Part shown: in pieces, positions 50,027-63,124 of the stretch
How the letters are laid out: every line of letters starts with the position of its first letter
How positions within the stretch are numbered: position 1 is the first letter of the stretch
NCBI GenBank assembly: GCA_964188305.1
Contig: OZ076886.1
From: Podarcis bocagei
Taxonomy: Eukaryota
Direction: 5' to 3' (one strand)
DNA length: 64,000 bases
Translations under genes and position numbers: made by a program
Notes under the pieces: model-generated
What the model saw: the letters and a program-made list of their open reading frames with translations, nothing else
What the model was told of the DNA's origin: nothing
Databases searched by the model: none

Positions 50027-51441
50027 GGGGAGGGCGGTGTGCCCCCCAGAAAAATGCACCAGGGGGCAATCACCCTGGCAGCACTTCCCCGCCCTACTTT
50101 ATGCCCCTGGTAACAAGGTATTGTTATATGCATTTGGATCCAGTGCTGCTCGGGAATTCTAACAAGCAAAAAAATGTCATTGCAGTTTATAAATCTGTGG
50201 TTAAAATCAATGCACTTTTAAAAGGTTCAGTCCACCATCTTGATTCAAAATGGTGCCCAACTGTATCGAAACATAGACAAAACCCTAATCTCTGATCTCA
50301 GGAAACATCATGCAAAATTTGATTATGATATCTTAAGAGGCGCCCACATACATAGCAAACAACTTTCCAAAGTAGATACCGTACTTCTAATCAGTATTAG
50401 AACTAATAGGGCTTTCTATCTAGCTCAGCTCCCAGGTAACATTCACTGACTCTACCGTGCACTATGTATGATGAGTTTACATTTCATTAACAGACAGTCT
50501 TAAATCATTTACACCTTGCTCAACACTACTGCACTAAGCACTAACACCCAAGCAGTAGGTTTACAACAAGAAAAGTTTCTCTATAGCAATTTATGTTCTG
50601 AGGTAACCATACAAATGTCATAAATAAATAAGAAATTGTATGAATAAAGAGAATGTCTTCAATCCAAAGATCCTGTGAGCAGAGTTCCACTCATGGGATG
50701 CTCTGGCTTGATCCCTTGCCACCCCCTTTAGTTAGCCCCTCCCCAATGTGCTCTGGAGGGGAGCACCTCCTGCCCCCACCAGCACCAGGTGCCACAGGAT
50801 CAAAGACCTCTCTATGAACAGAAGGAACAACTCTATATGCAAGCCAATAACAACTTAACCTATGCGTATTCTGACACACACAGTATGTTTAAATATATCA
50901 GCAAACTCTGAGAAAAAAATTGAATTATTTTGGGGGGGTGTGTCACTAAAATTATGCCTGTATTCAAGAAACACGTGTATCCTCAGAATTCCAAATCAAA
51001 AGGAAAAATGAAACAATGAAAGAAATGGATCAGGTGGGATGTTTATAATATGTAATACTTGAAAGTAGTTTCTTATCTAATTCTCATTAGTAATAATGAA
51101 AAACCCTCTGCCATATACCTGCAAGAGAGGATTCATGTTCCTTGTATCAATCACAAGGTGCATCAGGAATGTACAAGGACAGAATATGAACAAGCATAGC
51201 AATTCTGTTTTTATTAATATATATATGCTTTGATTCGTCAACAAAAACTTACATGCTTTAGCTAAATAAGAATCAGACCAGCCAGGCATTTGGAAGCAGG
51301 AGATCAGTGTATGGTAGAGTTAGGGATATCAAGCAAATTTAAGGTGCGGATGTATCTCAACATGAGACGCCCAGATGGATTTTATTAGATGGATATAATA
51401 TGTGTGAATTATTATTACATACAGAATCATTTAACACTTAC

Positions 51442-51551
51442 GGGTGTTGTGGTCGATATAATAGACTCCAACCTGGGGGTCATATGCTTCTTCCCATCCC
51501 AAGGGTAATTCATCACTTATGCAGTCAGCAAAGGTTAGTGGTTTAGTATAC
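51442..51551 (-). CDS. WWC1: WWC1 exon 2 (second WW domain)
   Basis: ttcag|G TAT...C|gtaagt, 110 nt; [36 protein letters not shown]. Confidence 0.97.
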
Positions 51552-51996
51552 CTGAAATGGAAAGCATGTCAGTATTTAGATCACACCAAATTGTCCCAAA
51601 AGTAGGGCAGACTTTCATTAAAATGTATTAAGGGAAGAGTGGTACATCAAAGGTTTAATTTTTAGCAACACACCTACAAATTCATTCACTTTCCCCACTT
51701 ACTCAAGACAGAAAGTTGATTTCAATATTCTTCCTAGAAAAAGGTTCCTAGACCTAGCTCTGGCTCAGGAAGTACTCGTTCAGAAAGAGAACGTGGAGAA
51801 CTCCTATAAACAAATTCTGCCCCCACAACTGAACAAGCTTGCCTGTGGGGGAGTCTTATTTCAAAAATATGTAGGCATGTAGGAGCAAGTTATGTTTGAT
51901 TTATGGTGTGTGAATTATTAACACTGTGCAATTCAGGACAAGGAGATGAGGAATATTAACTGTGTTGTGTGACTTTTTTCATTCCTGTGTATGGTA

Positions 51997-52111
51997 TTGT
52001 TGTTGTTGTTTAGTCGTTTAGTCGTGTACGACTCTTCGTGACCCCATGGACCAGAGCACGCCAGGCACTTCTGTCCTCCACTGCCTCCCGCAGTTTGATC
52101 AAACTCATGCT
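51997..52111 (-). mobile_element. RTE-BovB 3' end fragment
   Basis: Near-identical to 43219-43343; flanking gtgtatggtatt is duplicated. Confidence 0.85.
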
Positions 52112-53744
52112 AGTGTATGGTATTACACCCAGAATTGTAATTGACAAACTAAATGTATGTTCTTAAAGTTTTAGACCACTGCAAAGTACAAGCCTAAACA
52201 TTGGGTATCTCAATCAAATCACCTTTCTTCAATTATTCATGTACATGTGAGATTTTTCAATCTGTAAAGACTCAGACTACTGTAATTCACTTTTCTGAAA
52301 ACTAAACTAATTGTATAATTGTCAAGCCTCCACTTTTTGGCTTAGTTCTGCAATTAAACTAGGAGAGGAAGGAGCGCCCAACAACATTTATGACCAAGAA
52401 TATTTATGAAAAAATCCAGCCAAGTTACTTTTAAATCCTATAGATTTCACTGAAAGTTCAAGGACTGCTAGAATTCTACTAGATAACAGCAATTACAAAC
52501 TGCTTTAATAGCTCCACAGTGGCACCTTATATTCCTGTCACAAATCCTGCTGATTCATAATGAGGACCTAAGATGACACTAAAATGCCTTTGAGTTCTCT
52601 CAGAGAGTTTATGACCAAGTATCAAAGTTTTAGAGCCACATGGGACATTTAAAGCACATCCAACGCACATTTAAAGCCTATGAATTCTACCCAAGAATCT
52701 GTAGAGGGTAGGACCCAAACCAATGGCTTCATGTTACAAGAAAGGAGATTCCAACTACAGTAAATGTCAGGAAGAACTTGTCAATCCTTCTTAAACTGTG
52801 GTGCCAAGAACTAGACACAGTATTCATTCTTATTGAAGATTGTCCTCCAAGATTGTCCCAGCTTCCAGAAATGCCTGTTTAAATAGCACTAATCTCAGAG
52901 CCTAGAGGTAGAGCAGGGCTCTGCCACTCTGGGCCAACTTGTGCAATTTGATTTATGGCAAGCATGCATGTGAATTAACCCTAGGCAGTGGAGAGAAGCC
53001 TCCTTGTTCTCTTGTTTAAGCCTGAAGGAAATGAATAATTAAGCTGGTAGTTTTTTAATATTTTAAAACGCCACTTTAAAATGAACCCTTTTGCCCTCTT
53101 TCTTTTCTCATACAGTATTTTATTGGAGAAATAACTAAAGAGAAACACAGGTAGAGGGAAAATAGGCATGCTGTCTGTGCTAACAAGTGCTTTAGTAGAT
53201 GTTGGCAAATCCAAGAAGCAAATCATTTACTGCTGGGTAGAAGGAAGCATGTCAGGTTTAAGTCTGTGGCTGGTGGATGGCTGAAGAAACAGCAAGGAAA
53301 ACAGATTATTATATGGCTTCTCTTACTATCAAGGGAAGCAACAGTTTGACTTGGGTATGGAGGGAGCTAGATTATGGAAGGCAATAAAATATATCTGAAA
53401 ATAATGGTTTCCCCCACAACTCTTTGAAATCTAGCAAAGGAATACAATTAAGACAGGGTCTACTTTGGAGTTGAGAGAAGTGGGAACTGTGGTCCAATTC
53501 CATGGGGAACAGAGTGGAAGGGAGGAAGCCTTGGTGCACAAGTGAAAGTCCTTGCCTCATTCATGGGGCTCTTCTAAAGCCGCTTCCCTCCCCTCCCAGT
53601 ACCTCCACCCAGGCAAGCAGGATACATTATCCCAGTTCAATGACATATTCCAGCCAGGTAAAAACACTTGAGGAGAATGAGAACAGGCCTGTTGGGGCGT
53701 ATTTCCTGGGGAGAGTCTGAAGCACTAGATAAAGAGGTCTAGAG

Positions 53745-55167
53745 CAGTGTTTCCCAACCACTGTTCCGCGGCACACTAGTGTGCCGCGAGATGTTGCCTG
53801 GTGTGCCGCGGGAAAAATTAAAAAATTCGAAAGATTTTTTTTTTAAAAGTCAAATTTTCGATTGGGGCGCCGTCACTAGATGACCCCTGGGGTTCCCTCC
53901 CTCCCTCCCGCTCTGCGCCTCCCTCCTCCTCCTCCGGGGAGGCCCTTCCTGGCTCTCGGCCAAGGCTTGGCGGCTGCCACTCACTCACTCGCTCGCCCAC
54001 CCGTCCCTCCATCCCTGCACCCGGCCTCTCCCCCTCCGTCCCCGGCGCGGGGGCTGCCGGGATCCGTAGTCCCCTCGCCCTTGGGCTCCGCGCCCGCGCG
54101 GGGTGCGCAAACTACGTTTCCCAGCGTGGCCTGGCGGGCCGGGCGTTTTGTTTGAAGCGCTCTTCTCCCGGCCATGGAATGAGCGCGGCGGCGGCCGGGC
54201 CGGCAGGGGCTCTTCCGCGCAGACCCCGCGCAGCCTGCCTGCGCCCCCACAGAGATCGGGCGGCAGGATGGAGCCCGGGGATCCCCGCGGAGGCGGAGCG
54301 GAGGCGGCGGAGGCTGCCCCCCAGGTAGGGCTGCGTCGGGGGGGTTTATTTTTGCAATGCTGCATCCGCGTCGGAGGGGACGCATCAGACCGCGGGGAGA
54401 CCCCTTGGGGGGCGTGCAAGGCAATGCATGCGTGCAGACATTGCATGGAGTGCAGTGCAATGCAATGGCAACGCGGCGCCCTGCATGCATGCATGCAACT
54501 TCCACCGGCGCTCCGGACTTGGCAGGTGAGGGGGGTCCCCAGTGGGCGGCAGAGAGAGCCGGGAGGGCGAAGGGGAGCCGGGGGGGAGCAGCGCTGCTCC
54601 CTGAGCCGAGCCCGGGGGGAAACTTCGGCGTCGTTGCGCCGGGTGTTGGAAGCGGAGGCTGGCGGGGGCCCCTCACCTGCAAAACCTGGTCGCCTCTCAT
54701 ATATTTCATGCATTGCATTCATCGCCCGCTTTCTCCTCCAAGGAGCTCCCGGGGGCGCCCGTGGTTCTCCCCGTGTTATCCTCGCAACAACAGCCCTGCA
54801 AGGTGGGTCAGGCAAGTGGCCCAAGGGAGCACCCAGGGATTGTCCTGGCCAGGTGGGGTGATTTTAACCCTGCTCTCTGCCCGGTCTTCGTCCTCATTTA
54901 GCCCCCACATGTGCATGACTGTGCATGACTGAGGTTTCCCCCCCTCGTCTTGGCTATGGTGTGAGTCTGTGCTGTTAATTAATGGGGTTCTGCCTTCGGA
55001 GAAGATGAGCCAGCCCTCAAGGAGGTGATTATGTAATTTGCTAGCAATTCATGTCCCTCCCGGCGTGATGCTGCGCGCTGACGTCACGGGGCTGTAATGG
55101 TGGTGTGCCTCGAGATTTTTTTCATGAAACAAGTGTGCCTTTGCCCAAAAAAGGTTGGGAAACACTG
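53745..55167. mobile_element. Non-autonomous hAT (Charlie-like) carrying CpG-island cargo
   Basis: Perfect 15-bp TIR CAGTGTTTCCCAACC/GGTTGGGAAACACTG; perfect 8-bp TSD gtctagag (53737-53744 / 55168-55175); no transposase. Confidence 0.93.
54046..54136. promoter_or_regulatory. Divergent pair of ZNF143/THAP11-type (ACTAC-N3-TCCC) promoter motifs inside the hAT cargo
   Basis: Minus GGACTACGGATCCCGGCAGCCCCCGCG (54072-54046); plus AAACTACGTTTCCCAGCGTGGCCTGGCG (54109-54136). Confidence 0.6.
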
Positions 55168-55354
55168 GTCTAGAGGGCTGCATTAGGCCCTGTGCCTGAG
55201 GTGCATTACTCCAGGCTACTTGATTAAGATGTGCATAACAACGAGCCATGCTAACGCATTCAGCATGCCTTAAGGAGAATGTGCACATCATTTGTCTATG
55301 AAGATGGAATTGTACACATGTCTCCGGCAGGCCTTGGGGCATTTGCATATATGT

Positions 55355-55502
55355 GCATAGCTTAGTTGGCAGAACATGGGACTCTTAATCTCAGGGTCAT
55401 GGGTTTGAGCCCCACGTTGGGCAAAAAGATTCATGTATTGCAGAAGGTTGGACTAGATGACTCTCATAGTCCCTTGCAACTCTAGAATTCCATGTCTCTA
55501 TG
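55355..55502 (+). mobile_element. tRNA-Lys(CTT)-derived SINE with CR1-like tail
   Basis: tagcttagttggcagaacatgggactcttaatctcagggtcatgggtttgagccccacgttgggc followed by ggttggactagatgac...caactctag. Confidence 0.85.
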
Positions 55503-57104
55503 GCTGAATTTTGTACATTCTCTGAGCACATTGCACAAACCATCGGTAGAAGCCAAACTTCTTCATCCACAAAGAGAAGGGCTCCTTCCATCTGCAGAAG
55601 GGCTTTTGATTCCCCAGAGGGACTCTGTTGGTTCAAGGGGACAGCTTACTTTTGGCGATTCCTCTTCCCGTCTGCAGCCTCTGTGCCACTTTTCACATTG
55701 CTCAGTTTGTTGGGAGGACCCCCCACTTGCCTTCAGTCTAGGTCTTGAAATGTTACAGGTCTAAATGAAAGGACTACCTTACCAACTTCCCTAGGGAGCC
55801 ATGTCAGTGTCACAGAATTGTAGAGATGGAAGGGCCCGGAAGAGTCATCTAGTACAATCCCCTGCAATGTAGGAATCTCAACTAGATCACCCATGATTAG
55901 CAGGTGGTGGGGTGTCATAAGGGGGTGCAAACAAACATGCCCCTACCACAGCAAAAGCTACAGCTAACAATTTTTGTCAATACAGGAGAAACAGGAAGCT
56001 TGTCATTGCTGATGCTGAAATGAATGAATGCAAGCAAAATGCATTTGATCTTCAAAGGGATGGTTTATTGGTACCCTTTGCCTACTACACCAATATAGAG
56101 CTGCCGGTTTACAAAATGAAAACCTTTCTGTACTTTTTTTTTTAATGCATTTGGTAATCGTATCAAAAGAGGTTTTATTTAAAAGTTATCAATATGAAAT
56201 TAAATGAGATTTGTCAAGAACGATTTCCCATCACCAAACCTATCCTAATTCTAATTTTTATTGAAATAAGAAACATGATCTTGAAAAAGAATTTTTAAGG
56301 TGTGGCTCTTTCCACACCATCAGTCATGATTACTTTAATCACAGTATGTATTCATTTGTAAGCACAAAACAAATAAAAAACTACAGAATTCTTTGAGCTT
56401 TATTTGCATACCGCATGCAAATTCATATCCTTAGAAATCCCCTAAATTCTCCAACACATTCACATTTATCTGTAAGCTCTCTTGTAACAGGGAACAAAAC
56501 ATCTCTGAAATGCTTCCTTCCCTTTTTCTACATCTGTACACATGTTAAAAAATCTTTTGTTTTGTATGCTTTATTCAAGTTTGACTAACAATGGCTTTCC
56601 TGTGAACATTTTGCCAGATTTACCTTGCATATCTCCATGCTTATCTCTATAAATATTTTAAGATTCAAAAGTTTGGTACACCCGCACATGCACATGAGCG
56701 GCCTACTAAATCCATCCATTCCTTTTTTTGTTGGACACAGGTCATATACACAGATATACACATTAACACCTTGCATCACATCTAGAATTCTTGTATTCAA
56801 CTGTGAGAAGAAGCAACTTTCAGCAAAGATGGGTAAGTAGTTTATTTTAATTTTCTGTTAACTACCACACCTGAAGAATAGCTTATTGAATACAAAAGTT
56901 TGCACCAAAGAAAAAAACTGGTCAAACAAAAAACATAACTTTACTATTTGACAGAACTTGAAAATTGCTGAGGATTGTGTCTATCAATCAACTACCATGA
57001 AATGGAATTTAAATTTATTCAACCTTTACTGTCTGACATTTTAATGTATTTTTAATCTTTGTTGGAAGCTGCCCAGATGGGCGGGGTACAAATAAATTAT
57101 TATT

Positions 57105-57135
<31 letters not shown>

Positions 57136-57742
57136 CATTTCAATAAATAAATCTGCACAACCAAAACCTCTATAGTCTTTTGTTATATACTGAAGGAAGG
57201 ATGCTTTCGTTTACGCAACTCACACCATCTTTAATCTGCCACTTCAGCAGTAATCACAACAAAAATAGAACCAAAAGCAAACAGCATGCTCTCCAATTAA
57301 GTAGCTGAAAACCAATTAATCAACTAAATCTTTAATGGATTGCCGTCTAAACTGATTAAAGCTTGCAGTGCCATTAATAATACAGAAAAGGCTAGCCATT
57401 GTACTTTTCAGTTTAAATAAAAACCCTTATCATTTCTTTGCAAAAAGTTTATCTTAACCAGTTTCATCATAGATCACTGGTGTCTTCTATAATCATAGGT
57501 TGCACTGACATTATTAGCAATAATGTAGCAAAACAAGTTATTTTCTCATTTTAGCTGACACAAATATTTCTGAATTACTGTTAGAGAGGTGAGAAGGATT
57601 TAGGCTTTTCTATGTCGAGTTCTGATCCATATTTGTTCCACAAACTTTGACCAAATTATTAAACCAATAAAGTGGAACATCACTCATATAATATGGAAAT
57701 TACTGGCAAACTAGCAAGAGACTAGCAGACTCCCAATGACTG

Positions 57743-57789
<47 letters not shown>

Positions 57790-57939
57790 CCAGCCAATTT
57801 GGCTGGGTTTCCCCAGCCACTCCGGGTGGCTTACAGCATATCTAAAAACATAAAACACCAAGCATTAAAAACCTCCCGTTAAAAGGGCTGCCTATTCCAG
57901 GGCAGTCCAACTTTTAATGCTAAGTGGGCTGCAAGAGTA

Positions 57940-58327
57940 TTGTATTTTTCGCCCTATAGGACGCATGTTTTCCCCTCCAAAAATGAAGGGGAAATGTGTG
58001 TGCATCCTATGGGGCAAATGCAGGCTTTCGCTGAAGCCTGGAGAGCGAGAGGCATCGGTGCGCACGGACCCCTCTCGCTCTCCAGGCTTCAGGAAGCTAC
58101 CTGGTTTGGAGGCTGGCGGTGGGGAGAAGCGCGCTTCTCCCCACTGCCAGCCCCACAAGCTCGGGGGACAGAGTGGAGGTGGAGTGCCGCCATCCCGCTA
58201 TTCCTTGACCTGGTTTGGAGGCTGGCGGTGGGGGGGGGGAAATAATTTTTTTCCCTTTATTCCCCCCCCCAAAAAAAAACTAGGTGCGCCCTATGGGCCA
58301 GTGCACCCTATGGGGTGAAAAATACGG
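57940..58327. mobile_element. Tc2/Kanga-like MITE
   Basis: TA|ttgtatttttcgccctatagg...cctatggggtgaaaaatacgg|TA. Confidence 0.85.
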
Positions 58328-59278
58328 TACTTTCAGGCAGGAGACTTTTCCAGCCCTATCTGGAGTTGCTGAGGATTAAACCTGGGACTAACTGCAGAGC
58401 CAATGCTCTATCACTGAGCCGTGGACCTTCCCCAAATACCTTAGTGAGAGAACACACCATATAAGGCTTCAACTGAGTTGCGCTGATCCTGAAGAACACA
58501 ATTCAGTGCGGGGGGGGGGGGGTGAGCAGTAAAGGTACTTTTCTAATAAACATAAGGGTTTCATTTTCTGGCTGGCAGGTTGTGGCAAATGAAGTCAGCA
58601 AGGGCTGCCTCACACATGTTTTATACATAATTTTATTTCTAATTACCTAGAAGGGATATGTGAGCTACTGAAAAGCTCTGTTTTAGGCAAAACAAAAACT
58701 GCATCTGTAGTGCCTGATCAGCAATAAAGGATGCACAGAAATAATGATTTAATGCTACAGTCACTGAATGATTAACACGCATGTGTGAACCAGCTAGTAG
58801 TGAACAGTAGATGATTCTCTACATTCTAGTTTACTCGCAGTTCTAAAATAGTAAACAACAGAGAAAAGGGCCCCCAAATTCTTCTCCAATGCAACAAAAT
58901 GTTTCTTTTGTTTACATATTTCTAGGCTCCAGAGAGAGTTTCCGAACAAGAAGCATGCTTTCTGACTTTAGAGAAGACATTGGAGTGCTTCCAGCTGGAA
59001 CCTATCTCCTCCTCTGGAGAAACAAAAAATTGGGTCAGTACACATTTTTAAAGGCCCAACAGAGATGGCTTCCGATGAAGAAAAATGTTTCTCCTGAACA
59101 CTCTGACAAAATCAGGATAATGGAAAACTTGAAGAATATGGAATATGGAAAACTAGAATGCAAAGCTAAGGTAACAGCCCAACTATACGCATGTTCTCTT
59201 TGAAACAAGACCTGCCCCCAATCTAGTGGCATATACATCCTAGTATGTGTGTGCATAGGTTTGCAGGCTAGACATCTA

Positions 59279-59538
59279 CCGTATTTTTTGCTCTATAGGA
59301 CTCACTTTTTCCCTCCTAAAAAGTAAGGGGAAATGTGTGTGCGTCTTATGGAGCAAATGCAGGCTGCACAGCTATCCCAGAAGCCAGAACAGCAAGAGGG
59401 ATTTCTGCTTTCACCGCGCAGCGATCCCTGTTGCTGTTCTGGCTTCTGAGATTCAGAATTTTTTTTTTTCTTGTTTTCCTCCTCCAAAAACTAGGTGCGT
59501 CTTGTGGTCCGCTGCGTCTTATAGAGCAAAAAATACGG
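59279..59538. mobile_element. Tc2/Kanga-like MITE with internal hairpin
   Basis: TA|ccgtattttttgctctata...tatagagcaaaaaatacgg|TA. Confidence 0.9.
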
Positions 59539-60501
59539 TACTGAAGACAACAATGTCCACATTCAGAAGTAATGCTAAACCATGATTTAGCCTCCTGTTA
59601 ATTTACATAAAAATGTGTATAAATAACTGATGTGCACAGAATTACAGCCCTGTAGATTGCTGTTTTGTCAAAAACATCTATCTCAGAGTATTGGCTTGCA
59701 AATCCAAGCTACAATGTAAAACAATGACAGAAACTTGTTTAGCTTTTTTACATTTAATTTGTATGCTGCTTAGAGCAATGTTACTTATAAACAAAAACCA
59801 ACAACAGATTACAATTATTTAAAATACCACAGAATTTTCATTAGTAAGAGGGGTTTTTTTGCAAATAGTACAGGTCTAGCTTCTTTGTTACAGATATAGC
59901 TAAATAATGGATCTTCTGAATAGATATACTTAGCCCCATTAAATACACAACTGTTATTTGACTGGTCAAGTAACAAATGTATTTCCTGATGTGAAGTAGT
60001 CTATATTAATTGATAATTATGACAATATGAAATTATGAAGTCCTTCTTAAAATTCTTCCAGGGTGAAGGAGTAGATACCAATAGTACAAATTATTGACAA
60101 ATAATGAGCAGTACAATTGAGGCCATTTTTGCAGTTATATCTGCCAGCAACTGACCCATGGTCTGGAAGATCTTACAGAGAGAATGAGATGCGTACTGAG
60201 ATGCATACTGTAGTCCAGCAGATTAAGTTTGCATCTTAGAAGAATTGTGTTCAAATTCTTGCTCAGCAATGAGCTACTCCTGGGTCTGACACAATGGGCA
60301 AGCCTACTCTCATTCATCCACTCATTAAGAGGTAAACCGTATTAAAATAACATCTTTAATAGGCAGTTCAAATGGGGTTCATGTTTTGTTTTCTATTAAC
60401 ATACAAAACTATAAAAACACGAAGGAGGAAAGCGGGGTGGGGTGGGCATTTCTGCTTGTACCGTAGAGGAACAGAATGAACACATGAACATGAACACACA
60501 A

Positions 60502-60554
<53 letters not shown>
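60502..60554. repeat. Compound (AC)n(GA)n microsatellite
   Basis: Direct reading. Confidence 0.95.
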
Positions 60555-60557
<3 letters not shown>

Positions 60558-60805
60558 CAATGAATATAGATGTGACATAAGGATTGCTATGGAGCAGAAC
60601 AACATTATCCTCAAAGTTTCTTGGCAAACAAGCCACAATGGGCTTCTGAAGAGTCTAACATGTTTTTGTCTGGAGTAGATGTTAGCAGACCCTGGACAAT
60701 ACAGAAAAGCTCTGCTGGATGCAGTGGAGACGGAGAAGTGGGCCTTCTTGCCAACTTCATTGCCATGCAGAAGGCATGATTACGCACTGTCACTGACAAT
60801 GGATG

Positions 60806-61047
60806 CAGTGGTACCTCGGGTTACATAGGCTTCAGGTTGCAGACGCTTCAGGTTACAGACTCCGCTAACCCAGAAATATTACCTCGGGTTAAGAACTTTG
60901 CTTCAGGATGAGAACAGAAATTGTGTGGTGGCAGTGCGGCGGCAGCGGGAGGCCCCATTAGCTAAAGTGGTGCTTCGGGTTAAGAACAGTTTCAGGTTAT
61001 GAACGGACCTCCAGAATGAATTAAGTTCTTAACCCAAGGTACCACTA
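60806..61047. mobile_element. Tigger-like MITE
   Basis: cagtggtacctcgggtta...taacccaaggtaccact; reverse-orientation homologue of 42593-42807. Confidence 0.85.
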
Positions 61048-62221
61048 GGCATTGCTGTTTCCAGTATGCTGGTGTTCATGAAATCTGAGAAGACTTCTGT
61101 CCCGCTATGGATTAATGAGACAGGTTTTTAAGGTTCATTGTTGGTGGACTAACTTCTCTGGCATCAATGCAGCTAAATATACATTTTCTCTGTCCACCCA
61201 GTAAGTTTCATATTGTTAGTACACAATTAAGCAGTCTGTGGACTACAGTAAATTTAAGGAAGACTGAAAGAATGAAATTGATGCAAATACAAATTTGCTG
61301 CGCAAAAGGAGGCTACACCTGACAACAACAAAAATTAGTTCAGTGGGCCTGCAAGCCATTATTTCAGTCTTAGTGTTCACCTTCATTGTTATCTACCATA
61401 TCGAACAATGGCAGATTATTCCATAGCCAAACCAAAAATGTTCCGCTGCCTCTATGGGGCCTAATTCAAAGACAGCTAAAGGGAAGCTTGAAGCAGGTAT
61501 GAAGCCTTTCTCAATATATATAAAGTACTGCTTGAGTGTTTACATCTCCTTCACCCACAGGGTATCTACAGCTAAATGTGCATAATTTCATTATTATAGT
61601 GGGATGGATGGGAAATTATGAGTAAGACTTGCACAGGCATGCTCTTAATACAATGGATTGTGAAATATCCTTGGTTTTAACAGAATCATTACGGCAGTAT
61701 ATAACACTATGGCAATAGCTTATAGGGAACAGCTTATAGAACTATTTGCAGCTGAATATATCTGCACAGATTCAATCATAATGTCTTATTGTAACACGTA
61801 ATCACATAATGCTAGGACACAAATAAGAATTCATACTCTCCAATTCCTACTCTTTTATTTATAATAGTAGGCACTTAAAAGATTTTTTTTTTTACTCGTT
61901 TCCTTGTTACAAACACAGTGAGAAATAATTAAAACATAGCTGCTGAACCTAGAAAGTTTATATACCAATATGCCGTATATCCTGAGACAACAGCCCAGGT
62001 CCTTAAGGCAAGTACACTCCACTCCAGTGAAGAATCCAGATTAAAAGCCAATGTTATTAAATGGTTGCCATCTATACAAATATCTGCTCACACAAGAGGG
62101 GAAGCTTACTCACTGAAGTCAGTGGCAGCTCCCATGCTTAGGGATTCTTGCATCCCAACCTCGACCTACTCACAATAAAATGTCTGGTGTCAGACATAAC
62201 ACTAAATCATAGCGTTGCTCT

Positions 62222-62856
62222 CAGGGTGGATTTGATTTAAATCACGATTTCAATCACTAGTCAGTAAGGCGTGGTTTAAATCACTAGTCAGTAAGACTTG
62301 ATTTAAATCATTTTTTTACAGAAAGACTGTAAAAAAATGATTATACTTCTGGTATAATCTTAATATTTACAACCAGATGAAGATTTCATTTTTGGAATAA
62401 TAAATTTTCAGAGTAGCTTTTACAGTTATATCAAAAATTACTGATTTGGTGATACTATTAGAAATACAAAGACAGGTAATTATGAAATTATTGTTTATTT
62501 TTGGACAATTTTTCTGCTGTACTTTATTGGAATGAGAAAAATAATCATTTCCTTAGTAACAATTTAAACAGTTTATTTAACTAAAACAATATACATTCTA
62601 GCATATGTATCCATGTTTGTTAACTGATGTGGTTAAATGATTTTTTAAAAAAACAACACCACCAGACTTAGTTTTAGCACACATGAAAAGCTTAAAACAA
62701 ATCCTTATTTCCTGATGAATAGCCTTTGGACTACAATGTAACTTAAATAGAACACTATCTTTTCCTCCAAAAGCATTTTATTTTAAAAATCCAATTTAAT
62801 TTTTTTTTAAATCTGATTATTATTATTTTTTAAATCATTTATTTTTATCCACCTTG
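62222..62856. mobile_element. AT-rich non-autonomous hAT element
   Basis: CAGGGTGGAT / ATCCACCTTG ends; repeated subterminal gatttaaatc; TSD gttgctct/gctgctct. Confidence 0.8.
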
Positions 62857-63124
62857 GCTGCTCTACAGAAGTGAGCCTGGGTGAGTGTTGGGTTCACAAA
62901 CACCTCCCTCCCATGCTATGGATGCAAGGAAGGGATCAGAAGCTTTCACTTCTGCTTTCAACTAACTACAGTGACTAATTTTGTCCAAACAAAGAACTGT
63001 GATTAGCATTAACTATAGTTTGGGAAAACAACCCAGGGTTGTAAACCAAGTTTGAAGTGGACTTGTTGCTCTAAATTCTTCTTAAAGGCTAACCACAGTT
63101 TGCCAGGTTCAGCTGTAAAAAGTA

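Noticed and set aside
49612-50295. 227-aa plus-strand ORF
   Set aside because: Runs through an antisense SINE and unrelated flanks with no recognisable homology.
53981-54932. 191-279 aa ORFs on both strands inside the hAT element
   Set aside because: Low-complexity G/P/R/A translations with no transposase or recognisable domain; expected from GC content.
55355-55427. Apparent tRNA-Lys(CTT) gene
   Set aside because: Disrupted acceptor and D stems and a CR1-like tail follow directly, so it is a SINE head.
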